Below, piece by piece: positions 54,871-64,000 of a stretch of 64,000 nt of DNA; the stretch's first letter is position 1; each line of letters begins with the position of its first letter. The stretch covers positions 43,582 through 107,581 of the IMG/VR virus record IMGVR_UViG_3300045988_115450. One strand, given 5' to 3'. The notes under the pieces are model-generated. The model did no database searches. It was not told the origin of the DNA and worked only from the letters and a program-made list of their open reading frames with translations. The DNA comes from a virus. Position numbers and translations under genes: made by a program.

Positions 54871-57800
54871 TGGCTATTCGCATTCAGTTTGATGGAACTG
54901 GGTCGCCAGAGTGCCCAACTCTAGTGTTAGCAAAGCGCGGTGGAGAAAAGCTTGGCGTTTTAAATACGGCTGATAATATCAGCTTGTCAGATAGATTGAG
55001 TGATTCATGCGAACTATCTTTTGATATATATAAAGAATTCGACGGTAGGGTCTGTCCTATATGGGATAAGGTAGTTGACTTTAAGTTAGTCTGGTGTAAA
55101 GAGTGGGATAAGTGGTTTTCTATCTCTGTTAACACACAGGAGTCTTCTAGTATTATGAAGAGTATAACCGCAACAAGCTTGGGTGAAGCCGAGCTGTCTC
55201 AAATTTTACTACACGACATTGAGATTAACACGGAAGATGACATCGACAGGGATGACTACGATGAAAACTTCCCTACTATTCTCTATCGCCCGGACAAACC
55301 TGACGCGTCCCTCCTCCATCGTCTAATGGAGAAAGCGCCTCACTATTCTATTGGCCATGTAGATTCGACGATAGCAAAACTGCAGCGGACATTTTCTTTT
55401 GATGGCGATTCTATCAAAGATGCTTTCGACGCCGTTGCAGAAGAAATCGGCTGTCTGTTTGTTTATCCTTCCGGGTCTACTGATAAAGGAACTCCGTCCC
55501 GAACGGTAGAAGTGTATGACTTGGAGCGGACCTGCCTAGACTGCGGTTATAGAGGTGAATTTGACGGCAACTGCCCGGAATGTAACAGTTCTAATATTAA
55601 CGAGGGGTATGGTCAGGACACAACAATCTTTGTTTCTACTGAGAATCTCACCGACGAGGTGTCCTACGAAACAGACACTGGTTCCGTGAAAAATTGTTTT
55701 CGACTAACTGCTGGCGATGACCTGATGACGGCGACGGTTCGCCTATGCAATCCAAGTGGCGGCGGATACATTTGGTGTATCACGGATGATACCAAAGAGG
55801 ATATGTCGGATGAGCTGGTAGCAAAATTAAACAGCTACGATGAGTTGTGTCAGCACTACAATGAAGAAGCTGGCAGCTCAATCGACGCCACCATTCTAGT
55901 TTCCTACAACGAGCTTGTAGATAAGTACAAGTCGATGAACGAAAACTTAGAGAAGATCACCTCTCCTATCGCTGGCTACTCTAATCTGGTCAAGGCTTAC
56001 TTTAGCGCGATAGAGTTCGGCAGCTACTTACAGACATCCATGATGCCAACCTACGAGCACCAGGAAACGAATGCTGCGGCACAAGCTGCCTTACTGACAG
56101 CGGATAACCTCTCCCCTATCGCTGTGTCTAAGCTGACCTCTGGGACATCAAAAGCTACGGTTGAGAGTGCGCTAAAGGCAATGGCGAAAGTGTTTATTGA
56201 TACAAGCAGATTCAAGTTCTCCATTAACACAACTTCATGGGTGAATACAGAAGGAAGCACTCCAACGTGGACAGGCAATTTTACTGTTACTAGCTACACC
56301 GAAGAAGAAGACGTGGCAACGTCGAGTACAATTTCTGTTGTCGTAACAGACAATTATGCCGACTACGTAAAGCAACTTGTAGAAAAGAAGATTGCCATTT
56401 CAGACACTGAGGATGTTAGTATTACTGGTTTATTCAAGCTGGAGCTGGAGCAGTTCACAAATAATCTAAAGAAGTACAGCATGGATTGTTTGGATGAATT
56501 TGAGGATTGCTGCCAAGACGTTCTAAATATCTTGACGGAATCCGGTGGCGGCGAAGCAACCTCCATTATGTATAGCCAATACTATTTGCCATACTACAAC
56601 AAGCTTTTAGCAATACAGGCAGAGAAGGATGTTCGCAGTTCAGAGCTTATGATTATCCTGGGAGACGAGGAGTCGGAGACGGCTTCGGATGAACCGGTAC
56701 TTGGGGTAAAGCAGTATATCGAAAGGGCGCAGGAAGAGATTCGGGGCGCTCTCGATTTGGAGACATACCTAGGTCACGATTTGTGGGTTGAGTTTTCTTC
56801 TTACCGGAGAGAGGATGAATATTCTAACGACAACTTCATCTCTGATGGACTGACTGACTCAGAGCTTGTTGACCAGGCTTTTCAGTTTATCGACAAGGCT
56901 AAGAAAGAAATCTACAAGTCTGCGAACCTGCAGCATACTATTACAGCTACATTAAAGAATCTTTTGGTCATCCCAGCGTTCGCGCCGATAGTTGACTACT
57001 TCTCTGTAGGGAATTGGATTCGGGTTAAGGTTGATGGCGCAGTATACAGACTAAGGCTTGTTAGTTATGATCTTGACTATTCAGATATGGATAGCCTGTC
57101 TGTCGAGTTCTCCGACGTAACTAAGACGCTTAGTGGTACAGCTGATGTGGCGGATATTCTATCCCGCGCATCGTCTATGGCGTCTACCTTTGACTACGTA
57201 ACAAAGCAGGCAGTCAAGGGTTCCGACGCGTCTGGGATCCTTTCTAACTGGACGGAAAATGGTCTATCCACAACACACACAAAGATTATAGACAGTGCCG
57301 ACAATCAGAACATGGTTGTTGACCAGCACGGGACGCTTTACAGAAAGTTCGATCCGATGACTGAGAAGTACGAAGACATCCAGATGAAGATCATCAACTC
57401 GACTATCGCTATTACAGATGACAACTGGAAGTCTACCCGCGCAGCTCTTGGTCGGTTCTTCTATGTCAATCCAAAAACCAAAAAGTACACTGAGGGGTAC
57501 GGCATCAATGGTGAAGTCCTTTGCGGCAAACTGTTGCTAGGTGAGTCGCTGGGAATCTACAACTCTGATAACAGTATGCGGTTTGACGCCGACGGTCTGA
57601 CCGTAACAAATGGTACGAACACAGTTACTATTGACCCCAAGGAGGGAGACTCGGTATTGTCGATAGTCAGTGAGAATGGAACTGTGATTTCGTTTAACAA
57701 GGATGGCACAGCAAACTTCACAGGCAACGTTAACGCTACTTCCCTATCCACTGGTGGCAAAGGGTCTATTGAATCTACAAACGACGGAATCTATATTGCA

Positions 57801-58670
57801 GCGGATGGCTCTATTTATATTGGCAAATACAACGAGAGTGTACAAAGATGTGTTAGCGAGATAAAATCGGACGGAACATTTAATTTAGGTGATGGCTCAG
57901 TTATCTGGAACAATGAGAATAGTCTGATAAAATCTAAGAACTACAAAGAAGCAGTTAATAGCAACCCAGGTAGCGGTTCAGCACTAAACTTGGAGAATGG
58001 TAAGTTTAGTTTCGGTGGCGGGGCGTTAGTGTACGATGGCTCTGATTTAATTATTAAGGGAAAGATGAGGGGTAGTGCTATTGATATCCAGGCAGAGACC
58101 GGGAATGAGCGGCTGCGGCTGGGTACTTCGGTGAATGCGGAGACCAATGCGTCTGCCATCAGCATGTCCGTGAAAGATACTCAGTCCAACGCCAGCGCAG
58201 AGGTGACCGTCAACGCCGTGGGCGTCACCATGGATGGGGTCCAGCTGGATCTGCTGGGAGAGTGGATCGCCATCGGGGACGCAAATGTCGCGTCAGAGAC
58301 CGAATTTTATGGGCATGTGGTCCTGCCGGGTGGAAATTTGGAGGACAAAGACTACAGCAGCACCACATATACCAGCTTTTCCGGCGGATTTCTGTCGTCC
58401 GGGTCGGTGACGGTGACCAAAAAGCTGGGGGTATGCTACATCAGCGGCACAGTGACCTTGTCCAAGAGCATCAGCGCCTGGACTACCATCCTGTCCAGCT
58501 CCAAGATCCCGGCACCGCAGCACGGAGAGTTGGTTCCGTTTGAGGCATCCCAGTGGGGAACGAGCTATGCTCGGCCCCTGCGCGGGAAGATTACGCCCAG
58601 CGGCGGGCTGCAGCTGGTCTATGGCGCTGCGGGAAATTATGTATTTACAATTGCTTACCCAATCGACTGA
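54870..58670 (+). CDS. Tail-associated (Tal-like) baseplate/fibre protein, 1266 aa
   Basis: Assigned by position and size. The C-terminal ~190 aa have a different base composition. Confidence 0.65.
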   Translation: MAIRIQFDGTGSPECPTLVLAKRGGEKLGVLNTADNISLSDRLSDSCELSFDIYKEFDGRVCPIWDKVVDFKLVWCKEWDKWFSISVNTQESSSIMKSITATSLGEAELSQILLHDIEINTEDDIDRDDYDENFPTILYRPDKPDASLLHRLMEKAPHYSIGHVDSTIAKLQRTFSFDGDSIKDAFDAVAEEIGCLFVYPSGSTDKGTPSRTVEVYDLERTCLDCGYRGEFDGNCPECNSSNINEGYGQDTTIFVSTENLTDEVSYETDTGSVKNCFRLTAGDDLMTATVRLCNPSGGGYIWCITDDTKEDMSDELVAKLNSYDELCQHYNEEAGSSIDATILVSYNELVDKYKSMNENLEKITSPIAGYSNLVKAYFSAIEFGSYLQTSMMPTYEHQETNAAAQAALLTADNLSPIAVSKLTSGTSKATVESALKAMAKVFIDTSRFKFSINTTSWVNTEGSTPTWTGNFTVTSYTEEEDVATSSTISVVVTDNYADYVKQLVEKKIAISDTEDVSITGLFKLELEQFTNNLKKYSMDCLDEFEDCCQDVLNILTESGGGEATSIMYSQYYLPYYNKLLAIQAEKDVRSSELMIILGDEESETASDEPVLGVKQYIERAQEEIRGALDLETYLGHDLWVEFSSYRREDEYSNDNFISDGLTDSELVDQAFQFIDKAKKEIYKSANLQHTITATLKNLLVIPAFAPIVDYFSVGNWIRVKVDGAVYRLRLVSYDLDYSDMDSLSVEFSDVTKTLSGTADVADILSRASSMASTFDYVTKQAVKGSDASGILSNWTENGLSTTHTKIIDSADNQNMVVDQHGTLYRKFDPMTEKYEDIQMKIINSTIAITDDNWKSTRAALGRFFYVNPKTKKYTEGYGINGEVLCGKLLLGESLGIYNSDNSMRFDADGLTVTNGTNTVTIDPKEGDSVLSIVSENGTVISFNKDGTANFTGNVNATSLSTGGKGSIESTNDGIYIAADGSIYIGKYNESVQRCVSEIKSDGTFNLGDGSVIWNNENSLIKSKNYKEAVNSNPGSGSALNLENGKFSFGGGALVYDGSDLIIKGKMRGSAIDIQAETGNERLRLGTSVNAETNASAISMSVKDTQSNASAEVTVNAVGVTMDGVQLDLLGEWIAIGDANVASETEFYGHVVLPGGNLEDKDYSSTTYTSFSGGFLSSGSVTVTKKLGVCYISGTVTLSKSISAWTTILSSSKIPAPQHGELVPFEASQWGTSYARPLRGKITPSGGLQLVYGAAGNYVFTIAYPID

Positions 58671-58712
58671 TCTAGCATAGTTATAAAGCAGCTAACAGTT
58701 CGTTTAAAAGAG

Positions 58713-59033
58713 GTGGACAAATTGATTGAGTATATACCTCAAGTAATTATCCCTGTGCTTGTTTCTTTTTTTACAGGTGCGTGGGCAATTCTATATAAGA
58801 AACAGCAAACACTTTTTCAGCGTTATCATGCGGTTAACGACGGAATGAAGTGTTTGCTGCGGGCAGAAATCATCAGAGATCATTCGCATTATGTAAATAT
58901 GGGTTACATCCCTATGTATGCAATGCAGAATGTATTGGAAAGTTATTGTGCGTACCACTCACTAGGTGGGAATGGTACGATTACAAAAATGGTAGAGGAG
59001 CTTAAACAGCTCCCCACCAAGAATGAAGAATAA
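58713..59033 (+). CDS. Membrane protein (N-terminal TM), lysis-module associated
   Basis: IPQVIIPVLVSFFTGAWAILY. Confidence 0.5.
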   Translation: MDKLIEYIPQVIIPVLVSFFTGAWAILYKKQQTLFQRYHAVNDGMKCLLRAEIIRDHSHYVNMGYIPMYAMQNVLESYCAYHSLGGNGTITKMVEELKQLPTKNEE

Positions 59034-59059
59034 CTGTACTAACGGAAGGAGTAATAGTT

Positions 59060-59269
59060 ATGAAACAAAGAGAATGGCTCCATAGAGCACTACGTACCGC
59101 ACTGCAGGCTGCCGCCGGTGCTATCGCCGCGAACCTGGTAGCATGGGTTAATGGCGTCACCGATGTGGCAAGCGCAAAGACTGTAGCGATCAGTGCTGGG
59201 GCGGTTGTCGTCAGCGCTGTGCTGGCAGCTTTGATGAATATGGATAAGAAAGAAGACCTGGAGGAATAA
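59060..59269 (+). CDS. Holin candidate
   Basis: 69 aa with two hydrophobic helices and a charged C-terminus KKEDLEE. Confidence 0.5.
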   Translation: MKQREWLHRALRTALQAAAGAIAANLVAWVNGVTDVASAKTVAISAGAVVVSAVLAALMNMDKKEDLEE

Positions 59270-59313
59270 CCTCCAGGTCTTCTAACATTGATGATGAAAG
59301 GATGTGACCTAAC

Positions 59314-59634
59314 ATGGTGTCCTTGATTAAATATGGCGGCCATCAGAATAAAAATGATATGAACTTTGTTGGCAAATCTACCGATACAAAGCCAATCAAA
59401 ACTTTTGATGGAATGCCGATTTCAAATGGCAGTACGTTCTATGAAATGGATACGGAAACAGAGTATATGTATGATGAAGAACTCCATGAATGGACGTATA
59501 AAAATTCGGGAGGAGCTTCCGCGTTAGTAGCGGATGATACAGTAGCTAGTCTAATGGATGCGAATATGTTGGCAGCTGTTAGCAATAATGGGGAGCTGCT
59601 GACTGATGAAGACGGGAAAATTATTTTGATGTGA
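59314..59634 (+). CDS. Hypothetical protein sharing an N-terminal domain with 61399..62451
   Basis: FVGKSTDTKPIKTFDGMPISNGSTFYEMDTETEYMYDE versus FVCKSTDIKPTRQYNGLIIPNGSTLKEIDTDTNFVYDE. Confidence 0.6.
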   Translation: MVSLIKYGGHQNKNDMNFVGKSTDTKPIKTFDGMPISNGSTFYEMDTETEYMYDEELHEWTYKNSGGASALVADDTVASLMDANMLAAVSNNGELLTDEDGKIILM

Positions 59635-59637
59635 GGA

Positions 59638-59832
59638 GTGAATTACATGAGCGAACCTTTGACTTTGCGAAGCGTAACGGATCTCGAAGAGTTGCAAGTT
59701 CTTCCCGACAACGCAAAGATTCTGATTATTGATGCGGGAACAGCAAAGCAGATCTCCAAGCCTAACGCTAAGTTCGGCGGCGGTAGTGTAACAATTTTCG
59801 ATATAGTTCAGAATGGGAGTGAGCTTAATTGA
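59638..59832 (+). CDS. Hypothetical protein
   Basis: 64 aa ORF. Confidence 0.45.
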   Translation: MNYMSEPLTLRSVTDLEELQVLPDNAKILIIDAGTAKQISKPNAKFGGGSVTIFDIVQNGSELN

Positions 59833-60074
59833 CATTTACTTTATATAATCAAGATGGCGTGGTTGCGACCGCACAGGAAGTATATGACGCATACACGTCA
59901 GGCGTCGTACTGTTGCGTTCTAACAGAACGTATTATTCAGCAACAAGATTAGAGTGGGCTGATTCTAGTGGCGGGGCATCTGATGAAACAGATGTGGTTG
60001 GTGTGGTGATATACACTTATGGTAGCGATATTGGTATTGCAGTGGGGACAGTGCCAGAGGAAGCGTCTCAATAA
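59829..60074 (+). CDS. Hypothetical protein
   Basis: 81 aa ORF with an overlapping start. Confidence 0.45.
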   Translation: MTFTLYNQDGVVATAQEVYDAYTSGVVLLRSNRTYYSATRLEWADSSGGASDETDVVGVVIYTYGSDIGIAVGTVPEEASQ

Positions 60075-60086
60075 GGTGGTGCTGCC

Positions 60087-61376
60087 ATGAATAAACTGAA
60101 TATCAAGAATTTGCTTACCGCAATTCAGAATATGATAATGCGGAATAGAGTTGCGTACAAGGATTACCTTGGGAAGGAAACGGTAGTTAAGTCCGTATTG
60201 CTTGCGAGTGGATTGGCCAACGGAGATAATGTTGGGTTTAACCTAACTGAAGGCCAGTCATACGATATCGACTTCGGCGACGAAAGGATTACTCTTACTG
60301 CAAAATGCCGGGAGTGTGATGATAGTTTCCCGAAATGGGCTAGCACGACTCCTTTTCTTGATAATTTCCAAGATAACTATGTGTTGTCGGGCGACATATC
60401 TACATGGCCAACCAACTCGTTTTGTGTCTGTGTGCATAGCGGTACGATATATGTGATATGTACTGGCGAATACGTAAACAAGACTCTCTCTATATATCGC
60501 AATGATCAGACGACTAAAAATAAGTATGATATTAAGCTGTTGCCGGAAGATTTGCTACCTAAGGGTGTTGCTAATAAGAAGGATATTGATCGGGTTAGTA
60601 CAGCATTTAACGCTCAGATGAATAGCGTCAATAATCGCATTAACAGTCTTGGTGATAGATATGTCTACGCTTGGTCTAGTCAAAATTTTTCTGACGTTGA
60701 AAAAGCTCAGGCGCGGGAAAATATCGGCGCGTCAGATTTCTCTGGAAATTTTGGTGACTTAGTGGACGCGCCTTGCTTGTACAAGCTAACAAGAACTAAG
60801 GCGACGACGCCGATCGGGCATCATGGGAATGTAAGGAACGGCAACAGTGCCCCATGGAATTTTATCATGGCAGATAAGGAACACCTCCCGTTTCTTACTG
60901 AGGGAACTAAGATCCAAATTCAAAATGGCTACAGTGCTAATCAAATGAATTTCATATCTCCTCCAGCTGCCGTAAAGACAATAGAAGAAGATGGTGTGCC
61001 TTTCCAGTATGTTGGGAATTTGTACATGCTGGGGCTTATGAGCTTTGTATATGGTAGCGCGGGCGGCTGGTCGTCGTTAAATTTTCCGACTGGATATCCA
61101 AAAGATCGAACCAACACCGGTGAAAAATATATTTTAATCACCTCCGAAGATAAGGCGTCGTATTTCTACACTTACGAATCGGATGGGCAAGTGTTGCCAG
61201 ACATATATACGGTTGTGGAAGAGATAGAACCGCTAGACGACAGGCTCCTCGCTAACAACATCCAGAGAGTTGGTTCCGATCTTATCATTAACTCTTCCAC
61301 AGAGGGAAGCACTAAAAAGTTTAAGCTAGTCGTTAATGATAGCGGCGAAGTATCTGCGACAGAAATTACTGGCTGA
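60087..61376 (+). CDS. Fibre/receptor-binding-like structural protein
   Basis: 429 aa. Assigned by position. Confidence 0.5.
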   Translation: MNKLNIKNLLTAIQNMIMRNRVAYKDYLGKETVVKSVLLASGLANGDNVGFNLTEGQSYDIDFGDERITLTAKCRECDDSFPKWASTTPFLDNFQDNYVLSGDISTWPTNSFCVCVHSGTIYVICTGEYVNKTLSIYRNDQTTKNKYDIKLLPEDLLPKGVANKKDIDRVSTAFNAQMNSVNNRINSLGDRYVYAWSSQNFSDVEKAQARENIGASDFSGNFGDLVDAPCLYKLTRTKATTPIGHHGNVRNGNSAPWNFIMADKEHLPFLTEGTKIQIQNGYSANQMNFISPPAAVKTIEEDGVPFQYVGNLYMLGLMSFVYGSAGGWSSLNFPTGYPKDRTNTGEKYILITSEDKASYFYTYESDGQVLPDIYTVVEEIEPLDDRLLANNIQRVGSDLIINSSTEGSTKKFKLVVNDSGEVSATEITG

Positions 61377-61398
61377 TGGGAAGGGGTGAAGTTAAATC

Positions 61399-62451
61399 AT
61401 GATAACACTAGTTAAGGAAGGCGAAAGACAGGTTGCAAATTGTATGGAGTTTGTGTGTAAATCTACAGATATAAAGCCTACTCGCCAGTATAACGGACTT
61501 ATAATCCCTAATGGTAGCACCCTAAAAGAGATTGACACGGATACAAATTTTGTTTATGACGAGAGTACTAAGTCTTGGATTGGGGAAAGAGTACAACCCG
61601 ATTGGTCGCAAAATGATCCTAGCGCAGCGGACTACATCAGAAACAGGCCGATGTACAAGGAAACGAAAATAAAGACCTTCGATTTGTCAGAGAACGAATT
61701 TTATAATTCAAAATTGCCGGGTTTTGACCTCCCGGCAGTTGGCGAAAAAGTAATAGTAAATGTTGATGGGTCTGACGTAGAGTACGCTGTGAAAAGTTGG
61801 GCTGGCATGGGCGAGGAAGTTCTTTATATCGGGGACAATCCGGAAGGTGTATTGTCCGGTGAGGCTGAAAACACTTGGTGCATTTTTGAATACGAGGGTT
61901 TGTGCGCATGTAAATCTAACAGCATTCTGAGGCTGCCTATTGTAGAAACAACTAAAATCCCAAATGATTATCTTGATACTACTATTGTAGCACTAGACTC
62001 TTTTCAGGATGATAACGTTGAGCAAGACGTATTGGATAATATAAAGATAACTATACCGGTATCAAGACATTTTTCGTCAACAGACATGTCTGTATCAAGT
62101 ACGTATGAAGGTAGGCTTGTCGTAAAACAAAACAAACCTATTGAACAGAGAATAGAGATAAACTCAACCACCCTCGACTCTAAAACATTTGAAATCACTT
62201 ATGACTATAAGTATACCGAAATACTGTTGTTGATACTTGATTTTGATACAAAAACGATGAGTTACGTATCTCTCCCGATTCCAGGCAAGTTTGATACAAT
62301 TGTTTCTGGGAAACTCTTCGAGAATACGTATTCACAAACTGTCGCGTATATAAACGATATACTATTTGCGTTTAAAACCTCTGTAGCTGTGAACAACTCT
62401 AACACGCTAACATTGACTATTAAAAGGATTTGGCCGGAAGTTTCAAGTTGA
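61399..62451 (+). CDS. Fibre-like protein (paralogous N-terminal domain)
   Basis: 350 aa. The N-terminal motif is shared with 59314..59634. Confidence 0.55.
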   Translation: MITLVKEGERQVANCMEFVCKSTDIKPTRQYNGLIIPNGSTLKEIDTDTNFVYDESTKSWIGERVQPDWSQNDPSAADYIRNRPMYKETKIKTFDLSENEFYNSKLPGFDLPAVGEKVIVNVDGSDVEYAVKSWAGMGEEVLYIGDNPEGVLSGEAENTWCIFEYEGLCACKSNSILRLPIVETTKIPNDYLDTTIVALDSFQDDNVEQDVLDNIKITIPVSRHFSSTDMSVSSTYEGRLVVKQNKPIEQRIEINSTTLDSKTFEITYDYKYTEILLLILDFDTKTMSYVSLPIPGKFDTIVSGKLFENTYSQTVAYINDILFAFKTSVAVNNSNTLTLTIKRIWPEVSS

Positions 62452-62533
62452 TAGATTAACCACAAAGGTCAATTTTCACCATCGCGTTATAGTGAAAAAT
62501 AACAAGATATCTTCACATATTAGGAGTGATAAT

Positions 62534-63847
62534 ATGGCATTAAAGGGTATTGATGTGTCTGTACATCAGGGAGTAATCGACTGGAAGAAGGTCGCGAAGG
62601 ATGGCGTAAAATTCGCCATCCTTCGCGCTGGTTATGGTCGAGAGATCTCCCAGAAAGATAAATATTTTGAAGTAAATTATGCCGGGGCTAGAGCCGCCGG
62701 TATCAAGGTTGGGGCCTATTGGTATAGCTATGCTAACAGTGTGGCTCGCGGTGAACAGGAAGCGAAGACCTTCCTAAAAGCAATTGAGGGTAAGACGTTT
62801 GACCTTCCCCTCTTCTTCGATCAGGAATATGAAACGGCCATTTTGAAACTGTCCGACGCTACTAGAACAGACATTGTTCTAAGGTTCGTAAAGACGGTAA
62901 AGGACGCAGGTTATGAGTGCGGATTGTATAGTTCGACCGATTTTCTGAAGAATAAGCTGGTCACCTCCAGAGTTGCTGACCTAAAAATTTGGCTGGCTGA
63001 GTATGGCCCCAAACTCCATTACACCGGCAAGGTTTGGGCTTGGCAGTATAGTAGCAAGGGTCGCGTGTCCGGTATCAAAGGTAATGTTGATATGAACCAT
63101 GGATACTTTGAAATTGCCGCTCCTGCAAAAACCCAGACTCAAAATAGCACTGGCTTGCTGATGAAGAATGACACCGGCGATAAGGTTAAGTTGCTACAGC
63201 ATCGACTAAATATTCTAGGCAATCAGCTCGCCGAGGACGGCATCTGGGGCGTCAAGACCGACCAAGCTGTTCGTAATTTTCAGTACAATTATGGTCTGAC
63301 CGTGGACGGTATTGTGGGACCGAAGACACAGGAGAAGCTTATCTCAGAAGCAGTTGTCGCGTCTGCAAAGACAATCAGTGGCTACATGCTAAAGAACAAG
63401 TGGCATTACAAAGGCGACGGTTATACGGCGAAGACTACGTTCGCCGCAACTAAGAAACTGTCTAAACCTGGTTCAAGCTGTGCGCACTTTGTCTCTTGGG
63501 TACTGCAGGATGTTGGTCTGCTGCAGGCTGGAAAGATCCTGAGTCACAGCAAGGCTGGCTATGGCGTCGGCGAAAAGTCTATTGTTAATGCGGACAAGCT
63601 GATCGACTGTAAGGTCGTGTACCCGAATAAAAGTATTGACTTTTATAAGAATGAGCTGAAGCCTGGTGACGTGGTTGTCCATGACTCCAGTATTGCTATC
63701 TACCTGCTGAAAGACAAGAAACCTGCTGTACTAACGGGCCGAAACGGATCATGTATCAATAGCAAGGGTCAGTATGTAAAAATGCTTGTTACGTCTGGAT
63801 ATGAGTGGCGGCATAATGTCCTAGCAGTTGTAAGAGCGAAGGTGTAA
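62534..63847 (+). CDS. Endolysin: GH25 muramidase + PG_binding_1 repeat + C-terminal Cys-peptidase-like domain
   Basis: GIDVSVHQGVIDWKKVAKDGVKFAILRAGYG (GH25), GIWGVKTDQAVRNFQ..GLTVDGIVGPKT (peptidoglycan-binding), SSCAHFVSW. Start at MALKG after AGGAGTGA. Confidence 0.85.
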   Translation: MALKGIDVSVHQGVIDWKKVAKDGVKFAILRAGYGREISQKDKYFEVNYAGARAAGIKVGAYWYSYANSVARGEQEAKTFLKAIEGKTFDLPLFFDQEYETAILKLSDATRTDIVLRFVKTVKDAGYECGLYSSTDFLKNKLVTSRVADLKIWLAEYGPKLHYTGKVWAWQYSSKGRVSGIKGNVDMNHGYFEIAAPAKTQTQNSTGLLMKNDTGDKVKLLQHRLNILGNQLAEDGIWGVKTDQAVRNFQYNYGLTVDGIVGPKTQEKLISEAVVASAKTISGYMLKNKWHYKGDGYTAKTTFAATKKLSKPGSSCAHFVSWVLQDVGLLQAGKILSHSKAGYGVGEKSIVNADKLIDCKVVYPNKSIDFYKNELKPGDVVVHDSSIAIYLLKDKKPAVLTGRNGSCINSKGQYVKMLVTSGYEWRHNVLAVVRAKV

Positions 63848-63851
63848 AATG

Positions 63852-63886
63852 AAAGAGGACGCTTTTTAGGCGTCCTCTTTTTTTTT
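63852..63886 (+). terminator. Rho-independent terminator
   Basis: AAAGAGGACGC..GCGTCCTCTTT followed by a T run. Confidence 0.85.
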
Positions 63887-63955
63887 AACTGTTTGTGCCT
63901 TCAAATCAATGATTTTAGATAGGTGTTATAAAACTAACAGTCCGCTTATCCTTTA

Positions 63956-63996
63956 AAAATAAGAGGGTCGCCCTGCAGGGCGACCCTCTTATTTTT
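63956..63996 (+). terminator. Second strong hairpin terminator
   Basis: AAGAGGGTCGCCC-tgca-GGGCGACCCTCTT followed by ATTTTT. Confidence 0.7.
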
Positions 63997-64000
63997 AAAG

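Overview
This 64 kb window has no cellular housekeeping genes. It reads as most of a large tailed dsDNA phage, or possibly a phage-plasmid, of a low/medium-GC Firmicute, arranged in two divergent arms. All calls come from reading the sequence and the ORF track; no searches were run.

Left arm (1-18100, all genes on the minus strand):
- A ThiF/E1 - JAB - ubiquitin-like - ParB-like cassette of the PRTRC type.
- Embedded in that cassette, five tandem paralogous small genes that all end in N/D-C-L-L/M-L.
- A 10-member tRNA array with an inserted HNH-like gene and structured spacers.
- ArdA anti-restriction protein, an IS200-type insertion sequence, and many small hypothetical genes.

Middle (18.1-22.1 kb), two ORF-poor regions flanking a tyrosine recombinase:
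- One region is rich in hairpins and short repeats.
- The other is a C-rich, G-poor array of a TCTACGGRCTA-type motif with two interleaved pairs of perfect 17-18 nt inverted repeats, followed by an AT-rich tract and DnaA-box-like sites.

Right arm (plus strand):
- Two paralogous winged-helix proteins.
- An RdRP/YonO-like two-barrel RNA polymerase gene that appears to be split by two ORF-less group I introns. The first intron sits inside the DxDGD motif.
- A lipoprotein, a metallophosphatase, a second tyrosine recombinase and an HU-like protein.
- A complete siphovirus-like late module: terminase, portal, scaffold, capsid, tail tube, an embedded RuvC, a 2497 aa tape measure, Dit, a 1266 aa tail protein with a GC-shifted C-terminus, fibre-like paralogues, holin, and a GH25 endolysin.
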